This document shows, piece by piece, positions 54,959-63,111 of a DNA stretch of 64,000 nucleotides. A program made the position numbers and the translations under genes. Below the pieces are notes generated by a model, which saw only the letters and a list, made by a program, of their open reading frames with translations, had not been told where the DNA came from and did no database searches. Source of the DNA: Christensenella sp. UBA4379 (GTDB lineage Bacteria > Bacillota > Clostridia > Christensenellales > Aristaeellaceae); contig DGRV01000021.1 in NCBI GenBank assembly GCA_002391225.1, positions 7,589 through 71,588 on the forward strand, read 5' to 3'. Each line of letters opens with the position of its first letter. The first letter of the stretch is position 1.

Positions 54959-55837
54959 TTACGCCGTGAAGCTCGCCTTTACATGCTCAAGGAACCGCTC
55001 GGCGATGGGGGAAAGAGACTGGTATTTTTTCCAGATCAGGTACAGGCGGTTTTCCAGCTTCGGGGAAAGCGGGCGGAAGACGAGGCCGGAGGCCGGGGAC
55101 GTGTCGATCAGCCGGTCGAAGGTCAGCAGGTAGCCGAGCCCCTCCCTTGCAAACATGGACCCGTTATAGGACAGCCGGAAGGAGCCCTCCAGACGCAGGT
55201 CCCGCATCCGGTCTCCGCACCAGCGGGGAATATCCTTCTGCCAGCTCTGTTCTGAACAGAACAGGGGCAGGCCCATCAGGTCGTCCACCGTGACGGCCTT
55301 TTTTGCTGCCAGCGGATCGTCTGCGGGAAAGACCAGGCCCCAGACGTCCGCCTGGGGGAAGACCAGGGAATCATATTTGGCGGCGTCCGGCATTTCCGCC
55401 AGGACGGAATAGTCCAGCAGCCCCTGGTCCAGCTTTTCGGTGACCTGCTCGGTATCCCCGCTGGTGATATGATAACGAAGGTCCGGATACTGGCCGCGGA
55501 ATTCCTTGATGGCCCGGGCCAGCGTCCGGATCTGATAGGATTCCGCCAGGCCCAGGTAGATGTCGCCGCCGGTGATGTCGTCCAGGGTGACGAACTCCCG
55601 GGTGATCTTGTCCGCCATGCTGACCAGGTCCTCGGCACGGCTGCGCAGCAGAACGCCTTCGTCCGTCAGGCGGATGCTGAAGCTGTGGCGGGTAAAGAGC
55701 TTTTTGCCCAATTCCTCTTCCAGCGCCTTCAGCGCTTTGGACAGGGTCGGCTGGGTCAGGTGCAGCTGCTCGGCTGCCCGGGTCATGTTTTCTTCCCTGG
55801 CCACCGCCAGAAAATACCGAAGCGTTCTGATTTCCAT
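54959..55837 (-). CDS. LysR-family transcriptional regulator
   Basis: MEIRTLRYFLAVAREENMTRAAEQLHLTQPTLSKALKALE. Confidence 0.9.
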   Translation of the reverse strand: MEIRTLRYFLAVAREENMTRAAEQLHLTQPTLSKALKALEEELGKKLFTRHSFSIRLTDEGVLLRSRAEDLVSMADKITREFVTLDDITGGDIYLGLAESYQIRTLARAIKEFRGQYPDLRYHITSGDTEQVTEKLDQGLLDYSVLAEMPDAAKYDSLVFPQADVWGLVFPADDPLAAKKAVTVDDLMGLPLFCSEQSWQKDIPRWCGDRMRDLRLEGSFRLSYNGSMFAREGLGYLLTFDRLIDTSPASGLVFRPLSPKLENRLYLIWKKYQSLSPIAERFLEHVKASFTA

Positions 55838-55858
55838 GCTGCCCTCCATGAAATGCAA

Positions 55859-55884
55859 ATAATGAATATCATGATATTCATTAT
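55859..55884. promoter_or_regulatory. 26-bp perfect palindrome, probable LysR operator
   Basis: ATAATGAATATCA|TGATATTCATTAT sits between the divergent LysR gene and the 55961 operon. Confidence 0.6.
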
Positions 55885-55890
55885 AACCAT

Positions 55891-55919
55891 TTGCGAAAAA
55901 ATCCGCAAGGTGATATCAT
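55891..55919 (+). promoter_or_regulatory. Promoter of the small-protein/cyclophilin-like/AKR operon
   Basis: TTGCGA, 17-nt spacer, TATCAT with an upstream TG. Confidence 0.5.
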
Positions 55920-55960
55920 CCAATTGTCCGAAACAGGACAGAACCAATGCGGAGGAAACC

Positions 55961-56191
55961 ATGCAACCAGAAACGGCAAGTCAGTGCATGCGGGGCATCG
56001 GCCTGAGCAGGGAGAACACGGAATATGTGACCGCCCTCCTTCAAACCCACAGGAACGGCGAAGCGAAGCAAATGCTGCGCAAGCTGCGCTGCGAGCTGAT
56101 GGACGAGCTGCACGCCTGTCAGAGAAGGGTGGACCAGATGGACTGGCTGATCCGGGAAACGGAAAAGCCGACCCGGGACGAACCAGCCTAA
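55961..56191 (+). CDS. Hypothetical 76-aa helical protein
   Basis: Start MQPETASQ after GGAGGAAACC. No family recognised. Confidence 0.5.
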   Translation: MQPETASQCMRGIGLSRENTEYVTALLQTHRNGEAKQMLRKLRCELMDELHACQRRVDQMDWLIRETEKPTRDEPA

Positions 56192-56215
56192 GGCAAAGAG
56201 GAAAGGACAAAGACT

Positions 56216-56704
56216 ATGAGAAAAACCATCCTGGCGCTCTGCGCCGCGCTGCTGCTTTTCTGTATCGGCGGCGCAGGCCTCGCGGGAGAAACCGGCGGGG
56301 CGGTATGGTCCGGCGGGGACAGTCAGACAGAAATGGAAACGAAGGAGGCGCAGAGCCAAATGAAGATGAAGATCGGCGAAACGACGGTGGAAGTGGCCTG
56401 GGAAAACAATGAATCTGTGGAAGCACTCAGAGCGCTGGCCAAGGACGGCCTCACCATCCAGATGTCCATGTTCGGCGGGTTTGAGCAGGTGGGCGCCATC
56501 GGCCGCCGCCTGCCCAGCAGGGACACGGAGACCGTCACCGCTTCCGGCGACATCGTGCTCTATTCCAGCAGCCAGTTGGTGGTGTTTTACGGCAGCAATT
56601 CCTGGGCTTATACGAGGCTCGGTCATATCACCGACAAGACCCCGGAGGAAATGCGGGAACTGCTGAGCAAAGGCGACGTCATCATCACCCTGTCCGTTGA
56701 ATGA
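56216..56704 (+). CDS. Cyclophilin-like fold protein with signal/lipoprotein-type leader
   Basis: Leader ALCAALLLFCIGG. The body GETTVEVAWENNESVEALR...GDIVLYSSSQLVVFYG is typical of the family. Confidence 0.7.
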   Translation: MRKTILALCAALLLFCIGGAGLAGETGGAVWSGGDSQTEMETKEAQSQMKMKIGETTVEVAWENNESVEALRALAKDGLTIQMSMFGGFEQVGAIGRRLPSRDTETVTASGDIVLYSSSQLVVFYGSNSWAYTRLGHITDKTPEEMRELLSKGDVIITLSVE

Positions 56705-56717
56705 AAGGAGAAATAAA

Positions 56718-57854
56718 GTGATTACCCGTCATTTTCAGAACCTTGAGCTTTCCAATCTGGGCATGGGCGCGATGCGCCTGCCCGTGATCGACGGCGACGA
56801 CAGCCGGATCGACGAAGCAAAGACCTTCCGCATGGTGGACCAGGCCATGGCCGCGGGCGTCAACTATTACGACACCGCCTGGGGCTATCACGGCGGCCAG
56901 TCCGAAATCGTGCTGGGAAGGGCCCTGGCCCGCTACCCCCGGGAGAGGTTTTGCCTGGCCGACAAATTCCCCGGCTACGACCTGCACAACATGGGCAAGG
57001 TGGAAGCCATCTTTGAGGAACAGCTCCGCAAGTGCCAGGTGGAATACTTTGATTTCTATCTGTTCCACAACGTGTGCGAAATGAACATCGACGCGTATCT
57101 GAACGACGAAAAATACCGGACCTATTCCTACCTGATGGAGCAGAAGCGCAATGGCCGCATCCAGCACCTGGGCTTTTCCGCCCACGGCAGCGTAGAGGTC
57201 ATCCGGCGCTTCCTGAACGCCTACGGGAAGGATATGGAATTCTGCCAGCTCCAGCTCAACTGGCTGGACTGGGATTTCCAGGACGCCAAAGCGAAGGTGG
57301 CCCTGCTCCAGGAATGGAACATCCCCGTTTGGGTGATGGAGCCGCTTCGCGGCGGCAAGCTGGCGAAGCTGCCGGAAGAAGACGAGGCCAAGCTCCGCGC
57401 CCTGCGGCCTGAGGAAAGCATTCCCGCCTGGGCCTTCCGCTTCCTGCAGAGCATTCCCCAGGTGAAGGTGATCCTCTCCGGCATGTCGAACGAAGAGCAG
57501 ATGGCCGAAAACCTGCGCACCTTTGAGACGGACCGGCCGCTGAACGAAGCGGAAAAGAACACCCTGCTCTCCCTGGCCGCCGACATGACCCGCCGCACCG
57601 CCCTGCCATGCACCGCCTGCCGCTACTGCACCACCCATTGCCCCAAGGGGCTGAACATCCCCTGGCTGCTGGAGCTGTATAACGAGCATGTGTTCACCGG
57701 CGGCGGTTTCATCGCCCCCATGGCCCTCATGTCCCTGCCGGAGGACAAGAAACCCTCCGCCTGCATCGGCTGCCGCAGCTGTGAAAAGGTCTGCCCCCAG
57801 CAGATCAAAATTTCCGAGGCGATGAAGGATTTCGCGGCCAAAGCGGCGATGTAA
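56718..57854 (+). CDS. Aldo/keto reductase with C-terminal 2x[4Fe-4S]-type Cys motifs
   Basis: GTG start after AAAGGAGA. AKR core (GVNYYDTAWGYHGG), then CTACRYCTTHCP and CIGCRSCEKVCP. Confidence 0.85.
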   Translation: MITRHFQNLELSNLGMGAMRLPVIDGDDSRIDEAKTFRMVDQAMAAGVNYYDTAWGYHGGQSEIVLGRALARYPRERFCLADKFPGYDLHNMGKVEAIFEEQLRKCQVEYFDFYLFHNVCEMNIDAYLNDEKYRTYSYLMEQKRNGRIQHLGFSAHGSVEVIRRFLNAYGKDMEFCQLQLNWLDWDFQDAKAKVALLQEWNIPVWVMEPLRGGKLAKLPEEDEAKLRALRPEESIPAWAFRFLQSIPQVKVILSGMSNEEQMAENLRTFETDRPLNEAEKNTLLSLAADMTRRTALPCTACRYCTTHCPKGLNIPWLLELYNEHVFTGGGFIAPMALMSLPEDKKPSACIGCRSCEKVCPQQIKISEAMKDFAAKAAM

Positions 57855-57882
57855 TTTCCCTGTCCTTATTTTAAGAAAAACA

Positions 57883-57956
57883 TTTACGGCGGAAAGCCCG
57901 CCGTAAAACCGCCTCCCTTCCCCTCCGGGTTTTCCGGGGGAGGAGGGAGGCTTTTC
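57883..57956 (+). terminator. Two tandem hairpins, the second a strong intrinsic terminator
   Basis: TTTACGGCGG/CCGCCGTAAA, then an 18-nt-arm GC-rich stem GCCTCCCTTCCCCTCCGG/CCGGGGGAGGAGGGAGGC followed by TTTT. Confidence 0.8.
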
Positions 57957-58009
57957 TTGATCAAACGTCTGCCGGATGAACAAATGCAGGGAAAGAACAC
58001 TCTTTCCGG

Positions 58010-58038
58010 TTGACAGGGGGGAGCCGGTAACGTATATT
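58010..58038 (+). promoter_or_regulatory. Promoter of the MATE gene
   Basis: TTGACA, 17-nt spacer, TATATT. Confidence 0.55.
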
Positions 58039-58111
58039 TTTTCCCGGGGTCCGGCCTGGAAATGGGGCGGGGAACAGCCCGGCACAGATCTGCAATCGAA
58101 GGAAGCCGCGT

Positions 58112-59488
58112 ATGACGAACGAAAGCCAAAAGACCGCCCTGTTTGAAACCGTCGCCGTGCCCAAAGCGCTTTTTACCATGGCGGCGCCGACCATCGTCAG
58201 TCAGCTGATCACGCTGGTGTACAACATGGCGGATACTTGGTTCATCGGCAGGACCAACAACCCGTACATGGTGGCGGCCTCCTCCCTGGTGCTGACGGTG
58301 TTCCTGATGGCGGGCGCGCTGGCCAACCTCTTCGGGGTGGGCGGCGGCAGCCTGATGGTGCGGCTGCTGGGCAAAAAAGAAAAGGAGGAGGCGGCCCGGG
58401 TCGCCTCCTGGACGGTTTGTATGTCCGCCGCCTCCGCGTTTGTTTTTTCCCTGCTGTGCCTGCTCTTCATGGACCCACTGCTTCGGCTTCTTGGGGCCAG
58501 CGACCATACCATCGGCTATGCTCGGCAGTACCTGATCTTTGTGGTGGGCATCGGCGGGGTGGCCAACGTCACCTCCGGCGCCATGTCCTTCCTTCTGCGG
58601 AACGCGGGCTATGCCCGGGAGGCGGCGTTTGGCCTCGGGATGGGCGGGGTGCTCAACATGGCGCTGGACCCGCTGCTGATGTTCGTGCTGCTCCCGGACG
58701 GCTGTCAGGTGATGGGTGCGGGCATCGCCACGATGCTCTCGAACGTTGCGTCGCTTATATACTTCCTGTGGATGTTCCACCGGGTGCGGGGGGAATCGGT
58801 GCTGAGCGTCCCCCGGCGTCTTGAAAAAATCCTTCCGGAATCCCGCAGGAACATCTTTTCCATCGGCGTGCCCACGGCCATGAGCGTGTTTCTGTACGAC
58901 CTGACCAACATCGTGATCAACCGCCTGTCCGCCTCCCACGGGGACCTGCCCCTGGCGGCCATGGGCATTGTGCTGAAGGTGGAGCGGCTGCCGCTGAACA
59001 TCGGCATCGGGATCTGCCTGGGGATGATCCCCCTGATCGGCTACAATTACGCCTCCGGCAACCGCCGGCGCATGAGCGACTTTTTTACCGCCGCCCGGGT
59101 GGCGGGGCTGGCGGTCGCGGCGGTCAGCGTGGCGCTGTACTATGTCTTTGCGGACCGGCTGGTGGGCGCTTTTATCGCGGACACGGAAACGGTGCGCCTG
59201 GGCGCTTCCTTTCTTCGGGCGCGGTGCTTTGCGACGCCCTTCATGTTTCTCAGCTTCAACATGGTCAATTTCATGCAGGCGGTCAACCGGGGGAAGGAAT
59301 CCTTCTGGCTGGCGGCCATCCGTCAGATCGGCCTGAACATCCCGATTCTGCTGATCATGAACGCGTTTTTCGGCATGACGGGCATCGTCTGGACGCAGGT
59401 GGTCGCCGACGTCCTGAACGTGATCATTTCGTATATCATTTACTACCGGGTCATGCGGCAGATCAGTCAAGAAAAAACGGCGCGTTAG
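58112..59488 (+). CDS. MATE-family efflux transporter
   Basis: 12-TM protein of 458 aa. N-terminal LFTMAAPTIVSQLITLVYNMADTWFIG is typical of the family. Confidence 0.9.
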   Translation: MTNESQKTALFETVAVPKALFTMAAPTIVSQLITLVYNMADTWFIGRTNNPYMVAASSLVLTVFLMAGALANLFGVGGGSLMVRLLGKKEKEEAARVASWTVCMSAASAFVFSLLCLLFMDPLLRLLGASDHTIGYARQYLIFVVGIGGVANVTSGAMSFLLRNAGYAREAAFGLGMGGVLNMALDPLLMFVLLPDGCQVMGAGIATMLSNVASLIYFLWMFHRVRGESVLSVPRRLEKILPESRRNIFSIGVPTAMSVFLYDLTNIVINRLSASHGDLPLAAMGIVLKVERLPLNIGIGICLGMIPLIGYNYASGNRRRMSDFFTAARVAGLAVAAVSVALYYVFADRLVGAFIADTETVRLGASFLRARCFATPFMFLSFNMVNFMQAVNRGKESFWLAAIRQIGLNIPILLIMNAFFGMTGIVWTQVVADVLNVIISYIIYYRVMRQISQEKTAR

Positions 59489-59535
59489 CGCGCCGCCCGG
59501 ACCCAAAGGAAAAGAATCAAGGAGGACCATTGGCA

Positions 59536-60495
59536 ATGAAAATCAGTCTGTTGGAGCCCCTTGGGGTGAGCGAAGATCTGATCCGGGAGCTGTCCGCCCC
59601 CATCGTGGAAAGAGGGCATGAATTTGTCTATTATCCCAATAAAACGACCGACGTGGAGGAGCTCAAAAGACGCAGCGCCGGTTGCGAGGTGGTGATGATC
59701 GCCAATAACCCCTATCCGGCGGAGGCGGTCCTGACGGCGGACAGCCTGAAGCTGCTGAACGTGGCCTTTACGGGGATCGACCACGTGGGCCTGGACGCCT
59801 GCGCGCAAAAGGGCGTGACGGTCTGCAACGCGGCGGATTATTCCAATGAAACCGTGGCGGAACTGGTCATCGGCATGACCATCAGCCTGCTTCGCAAAAT
59901 CAGCGAGGGAGACGCCCGGGTCCGGAGCGGGGGCACCAGCGCCGGCCTGGCCGGCCGGGAAATCGCCGGGCGGACGGTGGGCATCATCGGCACCGGGCGG
60001 ATCGGCATGATCACGGCCAGGCTGTTCCTGGCCTTCGGCGCGAAGGTGATCGCCTATTCCCGGCACGTAAAGCCGGTAGCGGAGGCCATCGGCATCGAAT
60101 ACGTGAGCCTGGAGGAGCTGATGCGCCGAAGCGACATCGTTTCCCTGCATACGCCCAACAATTCCTCCACCCGGGGCATGATCACCCGGGAGCTGTTTGG
60201 CCTGATGAAGCCGACAGCCATCTTCATCAACTGCGCCCGCGGGCCGATCATCGACGACGAAGCGCTGGCGGACGCCCTGAACGAGGGACGCATCGCCGGG
60301 GCGGGGATCGACGTGTTCGACGTGGAGCCGCCCCTGCCCGCAGACCAGCCCCTGCTTCATGCCAAAAACTGCCTGCTGACGCCCCACGTGGCCTTCCTTT
60401 CGGAGGAAGCCATGGTCCGGCGCGCCCATATCGCCTTTGACAACACGATCGCCTATCTGGACGGGAAGCCGCGGAACGTCTGCCAGCTGACTTAA
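59536..60495 (+). CDS. D-isomer-specific 2-hydroxyacid dehydrogenase (SerA/GhrA-like)
   Basis: GIIGTGRIG, ARGPIIDDEAL and TPHVAF motifs. Confidence 0.9.
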   Translation: MKISLLEPLGVSEDLIRELSAPIVERGHEFVYYPNKTTDVEELKRRSAGCEVVMIANNPYPAEAVLTADSLKLLNVAFTGIDHVGLDACAQKGVTVCNAADYSNETVAELVIGMTISLLRKISEGDARVRSGGTSAGLAGREIAGRTVGIIGTGRIGMITARLFLAFGAKVIAYSRHVKPVAEAIGIEYVSLEELMRRSDIVSLHTPNNSSTRGMITRELFGLMKPTAIFINCARGPIIDDEALADALNEGRIAGAGIDVFDVEPPLPADQPLLHAKNCLLTPHVAFLSEEAMVRRAHIAFDNTIAYLDGKPRNVCQLT

Positions 60496-60502
60496 AAAAA
60501 GC

Positions 60503-61741
60503 TCACCGGCCCCCGGAAGCCGTCCTGCCGCGGTGCTTTCGCATGTATTCGACCGTCCGGTACAGGGTTTCGCCGTGGAAAATCTTGTCCAGATTTCCGG
60601 CGAAGTCCAGGCCGTAGCGGTTGTGAAGGTCCCGGAGCCTCTCCGGGACATAGGCCTCCTGCCGGTCCTTTGCCTGCGGCAGCAGGTCCTCAAAGCGAAG
60701 CTGGCGGGCGTATTCCCCGGTCAGGTGGTAGATGCCCACGCCGACCAGGCGGACCGGCCGCCTCGGCACCTGCTCTAAAAGAGAGACCGCTTCCCGGTCG
60801 ATCCGGGCGGCGGACCTGGAGGAGGGAATCAGCTTGGAGCGGGTGATGGTCTTCATGTCGGCATAGGTCAGCTTCAGCGAGACCCCCTCGCCGTACAGGC
60901 CGACGCGGCTTGCCCGCCTTTCGACGCTCATGGACAGGAGAAATAGAACATCCTTCAGAAATACAAAGTCGTCCACGTCCGCCTGGAAGGTCAGCTCCCG
61001 GCTGATGGACTTGGCTTCCTCCGGCCGGTAGGGGGTGACCTTCCGGCCGTCCTCGCCGCGGGCCATCCGGGTGATCCATTCTCCCTGCTTTCCGAGAAGC
61101 CGGATCACCTCCTCCGGCCGGTCCCGCACGTCCCGCACGGTGCGGATGCCGGCGCTGTTCAGCCGCTCGGCCGTCTTTGCGCCCACGGTGTAGAGCACCC
61201 GCACGTCCCGGTCCAAAATCAGGTTCACAAAGGCCTCGGGAGTGGGGATCTCAAAGTATCCGTCCGGCTTTTTCTCTTCGCTGGCGATCTTGGCGGCAGT
61301 CTTGGAATAGGCCACGCCGACCGAGCAGGTCAGCCCCAGCTCCTCCAGGGTCCGGCGCTTGATCGTGCGGGCGATCCCGCAGGCCCCTTCCCAGCTTCCG
61401 GCCTTCTCCGTCACGTCCAGGTAGGCTTCGTCCAGGGCGATGGTTTCAGAAGCGCCGGCGTAGGTGTTCCAGATGCTGTGCAGCTGGTCCGACACTGCCC
61501 GGTATTTTTCAAAGTTCGGGTGCATAAAGATGCCGTTTGGGCAGAGGCGGTAGGCCTCCTTGATGTTCATGGCGGAGTGCACGCCAAACCGCCGCGCTTC
61601 ATAGCTGCAGGTGGCCACCACGCCGCGCTCCTGGGGCATCGAGCCGATGATCAGGGGCTTCCCCCGGAGGGACGGATCATCCCGCATCTCGACGGAGGCG
61701 TAAAAGGCGTCCATGTCCACGTGGATGATGATCTGCTGCAC
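60503..61741 (-). CDS. dinB: DNA polymerase IV (Y-family)
   Basis: IIHVDMDAFYASVE, SIDEAYLDVT-like ALDEAYLDVT. GTG start after AAGGAGG. Confidence 0.9.
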   Translation of the reverse strand: MQQIIIHVDMDAFYASVEMRDDPSLRGKPLIIGSMPQERGVVATCSYEARRFGVHSAMNIKEAYRLCPNGIFMHPNFEKYRAVSDQLHSIWNTYAGASETIALDEAYLDVTEKAGSWEGACGIARTIKRRTLEELGLTCSVGVAYSKTAAKIASEEKKPDGYFEIPTPEAFVNLILDRDVRVLYTVGAKTAERLNSAGIRTVRDVRDRPEEVIRLLGKQGEWITRMARGEDGRKVTPYRPEEAKSISRELTFQADVDDFVFLKDVLFLLSMSVERRASRVGLYGEGVSLKLTYADMKTITRSKLIPSSRSAARIDREAVSLLEQVPRRPVRLVGVGIYHLTGEYARQLRFEDLLPQAKDRQEAYVPERLRDLHNRYGLDFAGNLDKIFHGETLYRTVEYMRKHRGRTASGGR

Positions 61742-61771
61742 GCTTTCCGCCTCCTTGATTCTTCATGGATG

Positions 61772-61808
61772 GGCGATCCGAGCCTGTGGGTCCGGATGGC
61801 CTTTTTTT
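61772..61808 (+). terminator. Plus-strand intrinsic terminator just beyond the dinB start, with no plus-strand gene immediately upstream
   Basis: GGCGATCCGAGCC-tgtg-GGTCCGGATGGCC pairs 11 of 13, followed by T7. Confidence 0.6.
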
Positions 61809-61913
61809 GATCCGTCAGGGCGTCCGCTCGGTCATCATTCAGCCGGAGCTTCTTTGCATCCCGGATGCCGGAAAACGGCAGAACTTTTAACGGATTCTGT
61901 CAGAAATTGTCCA

Positions 61914-61942
61914 TTGACACGGCTGTGTGACGAGTGTGATAT
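61914..61942 (+). promoter_or_regulatory. Orphan sigma-A type promoter
   Basis: TTGACA, 17-nt spacer, TGATAT. It overlaps the GTGATA-tgatcg-TATCAC inverted repeat. Confidence 0.45.
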
Positions 61943-62016
61943 GATCGTATCACAAGTCAAAAGGACTTGCAAGAACAACGGATGGAAAAGGAGACAGCGA
62001 TTGCTTAAAGATAAGC

Positions 62017-62070
62017 AAAACGGACATAGTGTCATTCGCGTACATTAACGCGGGACGCTGTGTCCGTTTT
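62017..62070. terminator. Bidirectional terminator (flavin reductase gene on minus; orphan transcript on plus)
   Basis: AAAACGGACA ... TGTCCGTTTT outer stem with inner CGCGT/ACGCG. A/T runs on both sides. Confidence 0.65.
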
Positions 62071-62102
62071 GTCATGAGTGCCGGGTTTCGGCGCTTTGCA
62101 TA

Positions 62103-62675
62103 TTATTTTTTCATAAGATCGGCACCTGCGTGCCAGGCCTGGCCGGCTTTTTCGCCCATGGCGTAATAGCCGTTGCGCATTTGGTCGAAGGCAAAGGCGT
62201 TCAGCTTCGCCGCGTCGATCCGGCCCTTTTCATCCAGCACCTTTTCGTCCGCCAGCACGTTCACGATTTCGCCCAGCACGCGAAGCCCGTAGGGCTGGTC
62301 CTGGAACTCGGTTACCTTGCACTCCAGGGTGAGGGGGTATTCCGCCACGACAGGGGCGTCCACCCGGGCGCTCTTTTCCGCATGCAGGCCGGTGCGCTCA
62401 AACTTATCGGCCATCTTGTTGGAAGAGGCGATGCCGAAGAAATCGGACTCCCGGATCGTATCGGTGCCGGGAACGGCCAGGGTGAAGGCCATGCGGGCTT
62501 TCAGGTTAGCGACCGTTTTATGATCGGCCTCCAGGTTCAGGGCCACCATGTTTTCCGCGCAGATGCCGCCCCAGGCCATCATCATTTCATCGACGGTGCC
62601 GTCTTCGTTGTACGTGCCGATCATGTAGGTCGGCATGGGATACAGGAAAGGATGCACACCCAGATCTTTTTTCAT
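62103..62675 (-). CDS. Flavin reductase-like FMN-binding domain protein
   Basis: Start MKKDLGVHPFLYPMPTYMIGTY after AAGGAGGA. The longer 382-aa ORF upstream extension looks non-coding. Confidence 0.85.
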   Translation of the reverse strand: MKKDLGVHPFLYPMPTYMIGTYNEDGTVDEMMMAWGGICAENMVALNLEADHKTVANLKARMAFTLAVPGTDTIRESDFFGIASSNKMADKFERTGLHAEKSARVDAPVVAEYPLTLECKVTEFQDQPYGLRVLGEIVNVLADEKVLDEKGRIDAAKLNAFAFDQMRNGYYAMGEKAGQAWHAGADLMKK

Positions 62676-62744
62676 GAATCGCTGTCCTCCTTGTGATGGG
62701 TTGACGGGCCGGTGGTTTTGCCAGGTCCACCTGTTATTATACCC

Positions 62745-62773
62745 TGTGAAAACAGGAAAAACAAGTATATGAA
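62745..62773 (-). promoter_or_regulatory. Promoter of the flavin reductase gene
   Basis: On the minus strand: TTGTTT, 17-nt spacer, TATAAT. Confidence 0.5.
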
Positions 62774-63015
62774 AGGGGGAAATGAATGGGTTTTCCGCCC
62801 GGCCTTTTGGGTGGAAGCCTGAAACGCCGCGGAAATGAAAAATCCCCGCCCATAGGGCAGGGAAGAAAGAAAACGGGCTTTCCGTCAGCTGGCGGCGGAA
62901 GCGTTTTTCTCGTTGGTTTTTTCTGGGCGGCAGGGCTTTTGCCGGTGAATCCGGTTTTTTCTTTTGTTTTCCCGGAATCTTTCGGGGTTTTCTTCCGGAA
63001 AGCGGAAATTCCGCA

Positions 63016-63044
63016 TTGACAAACAGGTGGAAACCCACTATAAT
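63016..63044 (+). promoter_or_regulatory. Consensus sigma-A promoter of the solute-binding protein gene
   Basis: TTGACA, 17-nt spacer, TATAAT. Confidence 0.6.
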
Positions 63045-63111
63045 AAATACAAAGTTTAGCGTTAAACCTGTGGACGTAAAATGTGTGCATATGTGGTAAG
63101 GAGGTTTGAAG

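Noticed and set aside
61742-61910. A LexA (Cheo box, CGAAC-N4-GTTCG) SOS operator upstream of dinB.
   Set aside because: Only a half-site-like GTTC (in CGTTAAAAGTTCTG on the minus strand) is present. There is no palindromic partner.
61835-62035. A 66-aa minus-strand ORF (MTLCPFCLSLSNRC...) in the dinB/flavin-reductase intergenic region.
   Set aside because: It has no SD, lies across the terminator hairpins and the orphan promoter, and has a composition that does not look coding.
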